Notes: generated by a model not told the origin, from the sequence alone. Shown: positions 18,245-29,085, numbered from the stretch's first letter. The stretch: 64,000 nucleotides of DNA from Candidatus Marinacidobacterales bacterium (GCA_965237955.1 OZ250169.1:1056001-1120000); one strand, 5' to 3'. Made by a program: numbers and translations.

Positions 18245-19099
18245 GTGCTGTATCCTTCGATTGTCGTTGAGACCGGTATGAACTCGCGCGGACGCACCTT
18301 CGTCGGGTGGCTAATCATCTTGTCGTGCGTCCCCACTCCGGTACTAGCAGCCAAGCTTCAAATGGACACCCTCAACGCGTGGTTGGAGTACAAGCGACTG
18401 ACCGAGGAGCGGATCGAACGCGAGCTCGCATCAACCGAAGGGTTCCTCATCTTTGACTTTCTCCTCGAGAGTGACCGAGTTGCGATCCGATCCGCGTTGG
18501 ACTCCAGCGACACCTTTATCAAGAAGCTGAAAACGCGGAACGAGGAGGGTGGCGACATCAAGATTACGAAAGGGCTCGTGCACCACTGGTACGGGATCGT
18601 TCTCGTCCGCGGCACCGAGCTCGAGGACGTGCTGCGCTTGGTTCAGGACTACGACAACCACGCGAGCTACTTCGAAGACGTGGAGGACTCGCGCCTCGTG
18701 TCTCATCAGGGCGACGAGTACGAGATATTCTTGAGACTCCGTCGCAAGAAAGTCATCACCGTGCACTACAACACCGAGCACCACGTTACCTACCATCGCC
18801 GCGCGCCCGGTGAGGTGTGGAGTCGCAGCGAGTCCACCCGCATCGCCGAGCTCGATAATCCAAGTACGACGCGCGAGCGTGAAAAACCCCTCGAGAACGA
18901 TCGGGGCTTCATGTGGCGCCTGAATTCCTACTGGAGGTTCCAACAAGTTCCCGAAGGCGTCATCGTCGAGTGCGAGTCCATCAGCCTCAGCCGGACGGTT
19001 CCCATCGCCTTCCGCTGGATCGTCAAACCGTTCATCAACTCCGTCCCGCGGGAGTCTCTCGAATTGGCGCTCCGCCCGCTCCAGGATGCGTTCAACTGA
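18245..19099 (+). CDS. Secreted hypothetical protein (possibly START-like fold)
   Basis: Long ORF with host-like codon usage and a signal-peptide-like N-terminus; true start may be 18278. Confidence 0.7.
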   Translation: MLYPSIVVETGMNSRGRTFVGWLIILSCVPTPVLAAKLQMDTLNAWLEYKRLTEERIERELASTEGFLIFDFLLESDRVAIRSALDSSDTFIKKLKTRNEEGGDIKITKGLVHHWYGIVLVRGTELEDVLRLVQDYDNHASYFEDVEDSRLVSHQGDEYEIFLRLRRKKVITVHYNTEHHVTYHRRAPGEVWSRSESTRIAELDNPSTTREREKPLENDRGFMWRLNSYWRFQQVPEGVIVECESISLSRTVPIAFRWIVKPFINSVPRESLELALRPLQDAFN

Positions 19100-19256
19100 A
19101 AGATCTGGAAGTGAAGCGCGCGATTTTCGAGGGCGAGTTTTGGAATGTCCGCTAGAGTGTAGAGTGTCATCGGCAGAGGACGAGCTGAAGGCGCAAGTAA
19201 CTGAATCTAAAGGCCCATGCCATGGCACAGGCTTTGCTTTACACTTTGAGTAGCCC

Positions 19257-19991
19257 ATGCGCATTCGATTCGTTTTTGCTCTGCTGGCGGTTGCGATGGT
19301 GGCTCCGCTGGCGAGCGCACAGGAAGAGCCCGACTTTCTGTTCGGCGCTCCCCGGGGTGCGTTCTCCATCCGCGGCGGATACCTGATCGCGTCGGCCAAG
19401 AGCGACATCTATGAGTTCTTGTCGGAGGAGCTGACCATCGAAAGCAATGACTTCAACGCGCTGGTCTTCGGCATCGACGTCGCGCTCGCGATCCACCCTC
19501 GGCTGGATGTGCTCGCCGGCTTCGAGTACAGCTGGACGGCCATCGATTCCGAGTACCGCGAGTTCGAGGAGGACAGCGGCGCGCCCATCACCCAGACCAC
19601 CGAGCTCAGGACGGTTCCGCTCACGGGGAGCATCAAGCTGTACTTGACGCCGCGCGGACGAGAGATCAGTCGTTTCGCGTTCGTGCCGAACAAGGCGCGA
19701 CCTTACGTGGGTGCCGGCGCCGGTCTCATTTGGTATCGGCTCGAGCAGATCGGTGATTTCGTGGATTTCGCCGATCTTTCTATTTTCACCGGCGAGTTTC
19801 GCTCGAGCGGCTTGGGCACGGAGGCACACGTGTTTGGTGGTCTGGACCTCCAGCTGAGCCCCAAGTGGTACCTCTCGTTGGAGGGACGCTACGTCTGGGC
19901 CGATGCGGACCTGTCCGGAGACTTCGTGGGCTTCGACCCCATCGACCTCAACGGCCTCCGGATCACCGCGGGCTTTAGCTACAGTTTTTGA
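19257..19991 (+). CDS. Outer-membrane beta-barrel protein
   Basis: Signal peptide, PYVGAGAG strand and C-terminal GFSYSF. Confidence 0.85.
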   Translation: MRIRFVFALLAVAMVAPLASAQEEPDFLFGAPRGAFSIRGGYLIASAKSDIYEFLSEELTIESNDFNALVFGIDVALAIHPRLDVLAGFEYSWTAIDSEYREFEEDSGAPITQTTELRTVPLTGSIKLYLTPRGREISRFAFVPNKARPYVGAGAGLIWYRLEQIGDFVDFADLSIFTGEFRSSGLGTEAHVFGGLDLQLSPKWYLSLEGRYVWADADLSGDFVGFDPIDLNGLRITAGFSYSF

Positions 19992-20014
19992 GATAGAAGA
20001 CACAGGAGGACGCC

Positions 20015-21184
20015 ATGACGACAACACTCCTATTGGCCTTAGCACTGGCCGGCGCGCCAGGACAAAACGAAGTGGCCAATCTCGACTCACGATGGGTTCC
20101 CTGGCTCGGATGCTGGGAGCTCGTCGACGACCAGCGGCGTGAGCCCCTCATCGGCGAAGCCGATCCCACCCAGGGCCAGGACGTCCCGCTACGCGGGCTC
20201 GTGTGCCTGAATCCAGCGCCCGACGGAAACGGTGTCACCGTCACTACCGTCGCGGGCGGTGAAGCGTTTCTCGAAGAGACGCTCGTCGCCGACGGCGAGA
20301 AGAACCCGTCTGCCAAAGGCAAGTGCAGCGGCTGGCAGCGCACCGAGTGGTCCGCGGATGGCTATCGTCTGTTCACGAGCGCCGAGCTCACCTGCGAGGA
20401 GAACAGTAGGCTGACCGTCTCGGGGCTCAGCATGATGGTGCCTCGGTCCACGTGGGTCGACATCCAAATCGTCGAGAGCAGCGCCGGACGTGCCGTCGTG
20501 ATCCGCCGCTACCGCCCGGCAAACGATACCGAGGTCATCGACTCGGGAGCTCCGGTTCTCAACACCGACCTCAAGATGAAATCGTACCGAAGCCGGCTCG
20601 CGCTCACCAACCCGCTTTCTGCCGACGACATTACCGAGGCTGCCAGCAAAGTCGCGCCCGAAGCTCTCGAAGCCGCGGTGTTGGAGCACGAGGAAGGTTT
20701 CGCGCTCGACGCCGCCGCGTTGACGCGTCTCGATGATGCCGGAGTCCGTCCCGGACTCATCGATCTAATGGTCGCGCTTTCGTATCCCAACCAGTTCGTC
20801 GTCAACGCGGGCTCAGGCGACGGCGCCGGCGGTGGCGGCTTCGCACTCCCCGGCACCTACTACCGCACCGGTTTTCCCTACAGCTATCGAACGCCGTATT
20901 ACGTGACCCCGTTCAGTTATTACTATTGGTACGCGCCACACCATCCTCGATACGTGGTGCGGCCCGTCGCCGTCCCGGAGGTTCGCCAGGGACTCGTCAG
21001 CAAGCGCGGCTACGCGCAAGTCGCACCCAGTCCTACCGGTCGTCGCGCCCGTCATCGCGGCGGCTCCGGCGGCGGTAGTTCCGTCTCCGGTTCGAGCCGC
21101 TCGTCGGGGTCGAGTGGATCGGTCAGTAGCCAGGGCTACTCGCGCGGTGGTTCATCGGGCCGCAGCGCTACCAGGAAGAAGTAA
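20015..21184 (+). CDS. Secreted hypothetical protein with Tyr-rich and Gly/Ser-rich tail
   Basis: GGAGG RBS, signal peptide, WVPWLGCW motif; directly follows the beta-barrel gene. Confidence 0.8.
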   Translation: MTTTLLLALALAGAPGQNEVANLDSRWVPWLGCWELVDDQRREPLIGEADPTQGQDVPLRGLVCLNPAPDGNGVTVTTVAGGEAFLEETLVADGEKNPSAKGKCSGWQRTEWSADGYRLFTSAELTCEENSRLTVSGLSMMVPRSTWVDIQIVESSAGRAVVIRRYRPANDTEVIDSGAPVLNTDLKMKSYRSRLALTNPLSADDITEAASKVAPEALEAAVLEHEEGFALDAAALTRLDDAGVRPGLIDLMVALSYPNQFVVNAGSGDGAGGGGFALPGTYYRTGFPYSYRTPYYVTPFSYYYWYAPHHPRYVVRPVAVPEVRQGLVSKRGYAQVAPSPTGRRARHRGGSGGGSSVSGSSRSSGSSGSVSSQGYSRGGSSGRSATRKK

Positions 21185-21191
21185 GCCGCAC

Positions 21192-21430
21192 CTAACCGGC
21201 ACGTGTGCCGTTGGGGACGGGTGTCTCCGGAACGGCGAGTCTCGGGAGCACGCCGTCGGCGTAGCCGGTGTCAAAGAGCATGCCTTCGGAAATCTCGCCT
21301 CGCATGCGGCGCGGTTTCAAATTCACCACGAAGAGCGCCTGACGCCCTTCGAGCTCAGCCGGGTTCTCGCGCTCTTCTTTGAGGCCCGCGAGGATGGTGC
21401 GCTGGTGGTCCCCGAAATCGACCGTCAGTT
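21192..21430 (-). pseudogene. tRNA-binding (Trbp111/CsaA-like) protein, 3' fragment
   Basis: Reverse strand reads RTILAGLKEERE..LEGRQALFVVNLKPRRMRGEISEGMLFD...PVPNGTRAG*. Confidence 0.8.
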
Positions 21431-21440
21431 TAATGACTTC

Positions 21441-22751
21441 AAGTGGTACCTCTCGTTGGAGGGACGCTACGTCTGGCCGATGCCGTTCTGTCCGAGGACT
21501 ACGTCGGCTTCGACCCCATCGACCTCAACGGCCTCCGGATTACCGCGGGCTTTGGCTATAGTTTTTGAGTAAGATAGAAGACACGAGGAGGACGCCATGA
21601 CGACAGCACTCCTATTGGCCCTAGCGCTGGCCGGCACAAGACGAAGCCGCCAATATCGACTCCCGGTGGGTTCCCTGGCTCGGATGCTGGGAGCTCGTCG
21701 ACGACCAGCGGCGTGAGCCCCTCATCGGCGAAGCCGATCCCACCCAGGGCCAGGACGTCCCGCTACGCGGGCTCGTGTGCCTGAATCCAGCGCGCCCGAC
21801 GGAGACGGTGTCACCGTCACCACCGCCGCGGGCGGTGAGGCGTTTCTCGAAGAGACGCTCGTCGCCGACGGCGAGAAGAACCCGTCGGCCAAAGGCAAGT
21901 GCAGCGGCTGGCAGCGTACCGAGTGGTCCGCGGATGGCTATCGTCTATTCACGAGCGCCGAGCTCACCTGCGAGGAAAACCGTAGGCTGACCGTCTCGGG
22001 GCTCAGCATGATGGTGCCTCGGTCCACGTGGGTCGACATCCAAATCGTCGAGAGCAGCGCCGGACGTGCCGTCGTGATCCGCCGCTACCGCCCGGCAAAC
22101 GATACCGAGGTCATCGACTCGGGAGCTCCGGTTCTCAACACCGACCTCAAGATGAAATCGTACCGAAGCCGGCTCGCGCTCACCAACCCGCTTTCTGCCG
22201 ACGACATTACCGAGGCTGCCAGCAAAGTCGCGCCCGAAGCTCTCGAAGCCGCGGTGTTGGAGCACGAGGAAGGTTTCGCGCTCGACGCCGCCGCGTTGAC
22301 GCGTCTCGATGATGCCGGAGTCCGTCCCGGACTCATCGATCTAATGGTCGCGCTTTCGTATCCCAACCAGTTCGTCGTCAACGCGGGCTCAGGCGACGGC
22401 GCCGGCGGTGGCGGCTTCGCACTCCCCGGCACCTACTACCGCACCGGTTTTCCCTACAGCTATCGAACGCCGTATTACGTGACCCCGTTCAGTTATTACT
22501 ATTGGTACGCGCCACACCATCCTCGATACGTGGTGCGGCCCGTCGCCGTCCCGGAGGTTCGCCAGGGACTCGTCAGCAGCCACGGCTATGCGCAGGTCAA
22601 GCCTCGTCCTACCGGTCGTCGCGCACGTCGTCGCGGCGGCTCGGGCGGGGATGGTTACGTTTCCGGTTCGAGCAGCTCGTCAGGGTCGGGTGGATCGGTC
22701 AGTAGCGAAGGCTATTCGCGCGGTGGTTCGTCCAGCCGCTCCGCTACCAGG
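21441..22751 (+). pseudogene. Degenerate tandem duplicate of ~19863-21177 (barrel 3' end plus hypothetical gene)
   Basis: Direct sequence identity with frameshifts near 21480, 21640 and 21795. Confidence 0.9.
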
Positions 22752-23010
22752 ATGAGGCAGTTTGGAGCTATCCGGTCTCGGCTAGTAACCATAGAATAAC
22801 AGGGAATAACAGGGAATAACAGGGAATAACAGGGAATAACAGGGAATTTGGGCCATTTTTGTGCAGATCCGGCCGTTTTTTGACGTGGCAACCCTCTATA
22901 TTTCAAATGGTTAGATGGCAATTCCCTGTTCCGAAATAACAGGGAATTTCTGATGAAAGAACAGGGAAGTGGAAATCGGCGAACAGGGAATTGAGATGGA
23001 CGAATAGGGG
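22750..23010. repeat. att-like core plus (GAATAACAGG)x5 tandem and dispersed AACAGGGAA boxes
   Basis: Tandem at 22794-22847; further copies and one inverted copy up to ~23010; 30-bp core shared with ~61022-61051. Confidence 0.85.
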
Positions 23011-23159
23011 AATGTCAGAGCAGCACGTGAGGAGTTCCATTCGAGCACACGAATGGTTTTCTGCCTCTCCGTTCAAAAGAGTTGTGCTCCGCAAAAAGTC
23101 GATCCGGCGTTGATTGCGCGGGTTTCGCTATCGTTTGTGTTCTTGGACACGACGAGGTC

Positions 23160-23238
23160 GTGAGCGCTATTTTGGCTGTAACTTAATACACCGTAACGTC
23201 TTAGCGTCATCTCACCAACACTTAATAGCGGAAGCACC
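23160..23238. mobile_element. Partial IS1-type MITE followed by an rve-type end (GCACAGGACGG)
   Basis: Matches part of 63258-63425. Confidence 0.65.
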
Positions 23239-23317
23239 GCACAGGACGGGGAGAAACAGATAGGCCGCGCCTACGGAGCACCGCGCCAGCCCTCGACCCT
23301 ACCGGGAGCCCTCCCCC

Positions 23318-26224
23318 CTACATGCCTCCCCACCGGTAGTTGAGGCGCGTGTAGTAGTAGGTGCCATTGAAGCCAAACGGTGAGAACTGGCCGTATTGAT
23401 TGCCGACCGTGTCAGTGCCGAACCTGTTCACGTCGGGGTACGTGCCCAGCACGTTTTCACCGCCGACCACCAGGGTGACGGCATCGCCGAACGGAATGCC
23501 GAGTTCGAGGTCGAGCAACGCCTTGCCTGAATAGGCCGGGTACAGCCAGGGCTCCGCCGGTCCGCCAGCGACATCGACGGCATTCCGTCCATCTTCGCTG
23601 TCCCAGAACTGGCCGAAGTAGTTCAGCCGGCCCATCAGGCTCCACCGGTCGGCGCGGTGGATGGTGCTGACGTTCCATCGGGTATTCGGCAATCCCCGTT
23701 CCAGCGTGTTGATGCGGAATTCATCGATCACGGCGCTCTCGATATTCTTGACTGCTGTGTCCGTGTAGTTGAAGACCGCGCTGACCGTCGTGCGCCCGAC
23801 CGCCAGGCTCGCAATCAAGTCGAGACCCTGGGTTGTCGTCGAGAAGTCGTTCAGGAAGAACCGGAACACGGGGAAATTCCGCGCCTCGGGAATCCCTTCC
23901 TCAAGCAGCGTCAGGATCTCGGGCTCCGACAGTGCGATTTCCTGCGACAGGGCGACACGATCGTCAATATTGATCCGGAAGTAGTCGGCGGTGAAAGTGA
24001 ATGGGCCTTGCTCGAAGACCACGCCCGCGCTGACGTTGAGTGATTTTTCAGGCTGGAGCTGCCCGCCGCCCCGCGCGACGGCCACCGCGGAGGTAGCCGG
24101 GACGACGCCGTTGTTGGTCAACTGCCCGCCGATGAACGCAGTCGTCACGTTGAACGCGTGCTGCTGCCCTGGGGTCGGTGCCCGGAACCCGCTGCTCACG
24201 GCGCCACGCAGCGAGAACGCGTCGGTCAGTCCGACGCGCGCCGCGAGCTTGCCGTTCGTCGTTGTGCCGAAGTCCTCGAAGTTCTCGAACCGGACGGCCG
24301 TGCCGACCGTCCACTGGCCGCCCGGGTCGTTAAACTCGACGTCCCCGTAGACCGCCACGTTGCTGCGGTTCCAGCTGCCCGCCGTCGTGTCAGCTCGGTA
24401 ACCGTTGAAGCCGTTCGACCCGGAGCTAAAGCCCTGGGCGGCATACGGGCCGATCTCCCACGACGGCTGCCCGCCCGCGCCGATCGTGAACTGCTCGTCA
24501 CGCCACTCCGTGCCGCCCGCGACGTTCACCATGTCGCTGACCGGGTACGAGACGTCGAAGTTGATGTTGACGTCGTGCTGCCGGTAGCTGCCGGGCTTGA
24601 ACGACGTCGGCGTGTCGTAGCCGAGCGACGCGTTGACCGTATCAAAGATGAACTGATCGACTTGGCTGGTGCCGATGTTGATGCTCGTGTCCCAGTTGAG
24701 GCCGGTGCTTGAGAGCCGGCGCAGGCCGGCGACTACCGAATGGTCGATGAGGTCGCCGCCGAACTGCGGCGTGAACCCGCCGGGGAACCGGCTGTGGAGC
24801 GTGAAGCAGTTCGGGTCGGCCTCGACCTGCTGGAGGGCGGCCGCATCGGGGACGTTGCCGATGATCGGGACCGCGGGGCAGCCGCCGGCGCCCTTGACGC
24901 CGGTCTCGGCCCAGACCCGGTCGCCGACGAGCAGGGTCGGGAGGCCGTCGACCACGGGGCCGCGGAAGACCCCGCCGCGGGTATGCGGGTTCCGGAAGTA
25001 GAAGCCGCCAGTCACCGTGCGGCTCGCGTAGTTGGTGTGGCCGTAAAATTGCCATTGGTTCGCGAACAGATGACCGAAGTTGACGAACAGCTTCAGGTCG
25101 TCCTCGAGTTTCGGTGATCCCCAGACCTGGGCCGGGTTGCGCAGGTTCGTATTGCCGGCCTCGATGATGTTCTGCGCATCCGTGCGCTGAATGCTGCGGT
25201 TGGTCGGCCCGGCGTTGCCGTACTCCAGGCTGAGGTTCACGAACCCGGTCCTGCCGAGCGGCAGTCCGGCATTCGCGGCGACCGTGACCGCCTGCCCCCG
25301 GCCGCCGATCCCGTTGCAGGAATGCTTGATGTCGCCGATGATGCCCTCCCCGCAGGTGGACAGGCTACCCGGGTTCGCATCGAGGTAGGCGCCTGTGCGG
25401 AACTCCAGGCTGCCGCCCGAACGGGCATCCTTGAGCTGGAAGTTCATGACGCCGGCAATGGCATCCGAGCCGTATTGCGCCGCTGCGCCGTCGCGCAGCA
25501 CCTCGGCCTGCCGAATCGCAATCGAGGGGATGACGGAGAGATCCGGTCCCTGCGAACCATCCGCGATGCCGTTGCCAAGCCAGGTGATGACCGCCGCGCG
25601 GTGGCGGCGCTTGCCGTTGACTAGGATCAGCGTGTGATCCGGCGCCAAATTGCGCAGGGACGCTGGCCGGACGATGGTCGCCGCGTCGCTGATCGGTTGA
25701 ATGCTGATGTTGAACGAGGGGATGACGGTCCGCAACTGCTCGCCCAGGTCCGTACTGCCCTGGCTGGCGAAATCCTCGCTTCGGATGACGTCGATCGGCA
25801 CGGCCGAGTCGGTCACCGACCGCGGCTGGGCACGGGTCCCGACAACGACCACCAGTTCTTCAAATCCTCCGACCGCCATCTCCACGTTGATGGAGGCCGT
25901 GGCGCCGGCGCTCACCTCCACCACCTGCGCGGGCGCGGTGAAGCCGGAGAGAGTGAACGTCACGCCGTATGTCCCCGGGGCGAGACCGCTGAACGTGAAC
26001 TGGCCAGTCCCGTCGGTGACGGTCACCCGCCCGCTGCCCGCCGCGTCCCGCGCTTCCACGGTGACGCCGGGGAGAATGCTGCCCGTGGCGTCGGTAACCG
26101 TCCCGGAGATCGTCGCGTCCTGGGCGTTGGCAACGCCGGGCGCGTACACGACGGCAGCGAAAACCAGCACCAGCAAAAGGAAAGCCGGTCTGTGATTGCA
26201 AAGTGTCAACATTTGTCGCTCCAT
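23318..26224 (-). CDS. TonB-dependent receptor
   Basis: Signal peptide, carboxypeptidase-regulatory-like N-domain, plug motifs (LILVNGKRRH, VLRDGAAAQYGSDAIAGVMN), beta-barrel. Confidence 0.95.
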   Translation of the reverse strand: MERQMLTLCNHRPAFLLLVLVFAAVVYAPGVANAQDATISGTVTDATGSILPGVTVEARDAAGSGRVTVTDGTGQFTFSGLAPGTYGVTFTLSGFTAPAQVVEVSAGATASINVEMAVGGFEELVVVVGTRAQPRSVTDSAVPIDVIRSEDFASQGSTDLGEQLRTVIPSFNISIQPISDAATIVRPASLRNLAPDHTLILVNGKRRHRAAVITWLGNGIADGSQGPDLSVIPSIAIRQAEVLRDGAAAQYGSDAIAGVMNFQLKDARSGGSLEFRTGAYLDANPGSLSTCGEGIIGDIKHSCNGIGGRGQAVTVAANAGLPLGRTGFVNLSLEYGNAGPTNRSIQRTDAQNIIEAGNTNLRNPAQVWGSPKLEDDLKLFVNFGHLFANQWQFYGHTNYASRTVTGGFYFRNPHTRGGVFRGPVVDGLPTLLVGDRVWAETGVKGAGGCPAVPIIGNVPDAAALQQVEADPNCFTLHSRFPGGFTPQFGGDLIDHSVVAGLRRLSSTGLNWDTSINIGTSQVDQFIFDTVNASLGYDTPTSFKPGSYRQHDVNINFDVSYPVSDMVNVAGGTEWRDEQFTIGAGGQPSWEIGPYAAQGFSSGSNGFNGYRADTTAGSWNRSNVAVYGDVEFNDPGGQWTVGTAVRFENFEDFGTTTNGKLAARVGLTDAFSLRGAVSSGFRAPTPGQQHAFNVTTAFIGGQLTNNGVVPATSAVAVARGGGQLQPEKSLNVSAGVVFEQGPFTFTADYFRINIDDRVALSQEIALSEPEILTLLEEGIPEARNFPVFRFFLNDFSTTTQGLDLIASLAVGRTTVSAVFNYTDTAVKNIESAVIDEFRINTLERGLPNTRWNVSTIHRADRWSLMGRLNYFGQFWDSEDGRNAVDVAGGPAEPWLYPAYSGKALLDLELGIPFGDAVTLVVGGENVLGTYPDVNRFGTDTVGNQYGQFSPFGFNGTYYYTRLNYRWGGM

Positions 26225-26283
26225 TTGTCGCTAGAAAAGCCGACGGCCTGTTTCGTTTGGAACCGGGGTATTGTCAAGTTTCA

Positions 26284-26396
26284 GGGTGCTTGCGCTGTTT
26301 GCTGTTGGTGATGTGTACGTATCCCTTTGCAAAAAAAGCGCTTACACTCCATTTAGCGTGCGGCGAAGGTCGCGAGCGCTATTTTTGGCTGTAATT
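26284..26396. mobile_element. IS1-type MITE, truncated by IS200
   Basis: Reverse complement of ~63315-63425; preceded by the IS6-like end GGTATTGTCAAGTT. Confidence 0.7.
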
Positions 26397-26464
26397 ATCA
26401 CAGGTAAACCCCGGCTCTGCCGGGGGTGACTCACAGAGGTTTGACCGTGTGAGGCAGTAATAAC

Positions 26465-28180
26465 GGTTCTCCTGTCGTTTCGGGGGATCTGATTTGTGTT
26501 GGAGGGCATGGCCTATGGACGCTGCCGCGATTGTGGAAAACGCCGGAAACTCCGGGCGAGAGAGGCGTTTAGGGAAAGGTTGTGAGCACGTACAAACGTG
26601 GAGCGGCGTTTTCCACAATCGCTTGGAAAACGCTTCGCGTTTCCCACGAGCGCCCACAGGCCCCACCTGATATATATACAAGAAAGATTAATTCATATGG
26701 AATAAGGAAGGGGGGGCTCGATTAGTGGAGGCTATGGAAAACGCCCTTCCAGGCTTCGAAGAGAACTCAGTCGTGAGCAAGGTCTGAACGACCAGAACCG
26801 TGGGGGCGTTTCCCACAGCCTTGTCTCCCGCTGAGGGGCAGTGGCATTTGGTGAGGCCCGTGGGTTGAGAGGGTAAGCCATGTGTAGATGCGCATCGGCG
26901 AGAACGCTAGAATCTTTTTTTCCGAAAGAGAAAAGAGCGTTCCCGCGATGCGCGTTACTACGTTAGTCAACAAGCTCATCGGATTGCAAGGCCTGTGGGT
27001 CCGAGGTTTCCACTTCCAGGCGGACAAAGCCAGAGTGGTGGTGGATGTAGTACCACGGAGGAGGAAGCCTCTGTGCGGGATTTGCGGACGAAAGGTCCGC
27101 AAGAACAAAGATCGCTACAATCGCTACTGGCGGCACTTGGACCTGTTCGGAGTCCGGACCTATCTTCGCTACTCGATCCGACGAGTGGTATGTCGGCGGT
27201 GTGGAGTGGTCAGAGAAAAGGTGCCTTGGGCAGACAAGGGAAGCCGCTTTACCAAAAGCTTCGAACAAGAGGTAGCGTGGCTGGCACAGAGGACGGACGT
27301 CAGCGCCGTAGCGAACTATTTCCGAGTGACGTGGCGTTCGGTGCGACGGATCATCCAGCGAGTGGTTGCCGAGCAGCGGGATGAGCGGCGCGAGCTCGAT
27401 GGATTGCGGGTGATTGGGATGGACGAGATCAGCTACCGCAAACGCCACAAGTACTTAACAGTGGTAATAGACCATCTCAGCGGCCGGGTCGTCTGGGCGG
27501 GAAAGGAGCGCAAGGCCAAGACGCTGCTGCTGTTTTTCCGCAAGCTCGGACCACAAAGAGCCGCGGAGCTCGAAGCGGTCAGCATGGACATGTGGGAGCC
27601 GTACATAACTGTCGTCGGCAAAAAGGCTCCTCAGGCACGGGTGATCTTTGACCGCTTCCACATCGTCAAGCATCTGAACGAGGCCGTGGATAAGACCCGG
27701 CGCGAGCTGGTGCGCGAGCTCAAAGGGACTGCCCGGCGCAACCTCAAGAACACCAAGTTTCCCCTTCTCAAGGCCAAACACAACCGCAGCGCGAAAGACA
27801 AACGGGTGCTCCGCGAGCAGGTGCGAGCTAATCGTCGCCTCTACCGCGCCATGCTTCTGCGCGACGACTTCATGGACCTCTACACCTACAAAACCGAGAC
27901 ATGGGCCAAGAAGTTTCTCCGAGGATGGCTGCGGCGCGCTATGAGCTCGAGGATAGAGCCCGTCAAACGCGCGGCGAAGATGAGCAGCCACTTCGATGGC
28001 GTCATCGCGTGGGTCACGTGGAGACTCAGCAACGGCCGACTCGAAGGAATGAACAACAAAATCAGGCTGCTGAGCCACCGCAGCTTTGGACTCCACTCTG
28101 CCGAAGCTCTCATCAGTCTCGTCTACCTAAACTGTGGCGGTCTCACCCTCGAGAGGATCCACTGAAATGGCAGGAGAGGC
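26465..28180 (+). mobile_element. ISL3-family element, copy 2
   Basis: 8-bp TSD GTAATAAC at 26457-26464 and 28181-28188; near-identical to copy 1. Confidence 0.95.
26888..28165 (+). CDS. ISL3 transposase
   Basis: Same motifs as 4950-6230, one codon shorter. Confidence 0.95.
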   Translation: MRIGENARIFFSEREKSVPAMRVTTLVNKLIGLQGLWVRGFHFQADKARVVVDVVPRRRKPLCGICGRKVRKNKDRYNRYWRHLDLFGVRTYLRYSIRRVVCRRCGVVREKVPWADKGSRFTKSFEQEVAWLAQRTDVSAVANYFRVTWRSVRRIIQRVVAEQRDERRELDGLRVIGMDEISYRKRHKYLTVVIDHLSGRVVWAGKERKAKTLLLFFRKLGPQRAAELEAVSMDMWEPYITVVGKKAPQARVIFDRFHIVKHLNEAVDKTRRELVRELKGTARRNLKNTKFPLLKAKHNRSAKDKRVLREQVRANRRLYRAMLLRDDFMDLYTYKTETWAKKFLRGWLRRAMSSRIEPVKRAAKMSSHFDGVIAWVTWRLSNGRLEGMNNKIRLLSHRSFGLHSAEALISLVYLNCGGLTLERIH

Positions 28181-28233
28181 GTAATAACAAAGTCCTCCTT
28201 AGAAAGCGCCAACTTCCAAACAAGGAGGACTCA

Positions 28234-28758
28234 ATGAAAAACTACGAAAGCCTATCGCACACGCGGTACGACTGCAAATACCATGTTGTCTTTATCCCCA
28301 AATACCGACGGAAGAAAATCTACGGGGCGATTCGGCGGCATCTGGGAGAGATTTTTCACGAGCTGGCGAAGCAGAAGGAAAGTCGCATCTTGGAAGGGCA
28401 TTTGAAGGGCGGTCACGTCCACATGTGCATCAGCATTCCACCGAAGTTTGCGGTGTCGAGTGTGGTGGGCTTCATGAAGGGGAAAAGCGCAATTTCGATA
28501 GCTCGAAACTTCCTGGGGCGCAAGCGTAACTTCACGGGGGAGAGTTTCTGGGCGAGGGGCTACTTCGTGTCCACGGTAGGTTTGGATGAAGAAGTTGTTC
28601 GTGAATACATCCGGCACCAAGAAAAGGAGGATCAACGCCTAGAGCAGCTGAATCTGGTTTGGTCGGCCAAGAATGCGTATTCCAGCCATCGTGAACGCCG
28701 AATCCAGAGCAAGCTGAACAGCGAATCCGGTGAAGCCGAACGCTCATCGAAGCGATGA
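28234..28758 (+). CDS. tnpA: IS200 Y1 (HUH) transposase; native C-terminus replaced by IS21 end sequence
   Basis: AAGGAGG RBS; CKYHVVFIPKYRRK, GHVHM, FWARGYFVSTVG, YIRHQE. Confidence 0.9.
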   Translation: MKNYESLSHTRYDCKYHVVFIPKYRRKKIYGAIRRHLGEIFHELAKQKESRILEGHLKGGHVHMCISIPPKFAVSSVVGFMKGKSAISIARNFLGRKRNFTGESFWARGYFVSTVGLDEEVVREYIRHQEKEDQRLEQLNLVWSAKNAYSSHRERRIQSKLNSESGEAERSSKR

Positions 28759-29085
28759 AGTGTTGGGTGACCTCCTTTCCACTGATTGAAAACGTGAACC
28801 TATCTTACCTGCGTGTTGTGTAGCAAGGGGCGGCAGGTCGGTGCCGGAGGGAGCGGGCGTAAGGAAAGACGCGAAGCGACCTTCCCGCTCCCGTAGGCAG
28901 CGACCTGCCGCGGCCGAACCCCGGGCGATGTGGGGCTGGTTTCGGGGGGTTGCTGGGGTATGGCCTGGCTCGAGAAGACGCTTCCTGAGGCATTCTCGCG
29001 CGTCGTTTTGGCGCCGCATCGTCTGGCCCCGGGTTTGGCGGTTTCACCCGTTTTTATCGCATCGACGCTGTGGTCCCTCGCTCGC

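Larger units (their letters stand above)
26397..28673 (+). mobile_element. IS200/IS605-family element, interrupted by ISL3 and truncated by IS21
   Basis: Left-end hairpin CCCCGGC-TCT-GCCGGGG at ~26409-26425; tnpA downstream of the ISL3. Confidence 0.8.

Noticed and set aside
20990-22751. Diverged 3' ends of the duplicate as a DGR template/variable repeat pair
   Set aside because: Differences are not adenine-specific and no reverse transcriptase is present
22794-22847. 10-bp tandem repeat as a plasmid iteron origin or CRISPR
   Set aside because: No rep gene and no spacers; better explained as part of the att-like module
28674-29085. TnpB/omega-RNA downstream of tnpA
   Set aside because: No tnpB is present; the sequence after tnpA belongs to the IS21 right end
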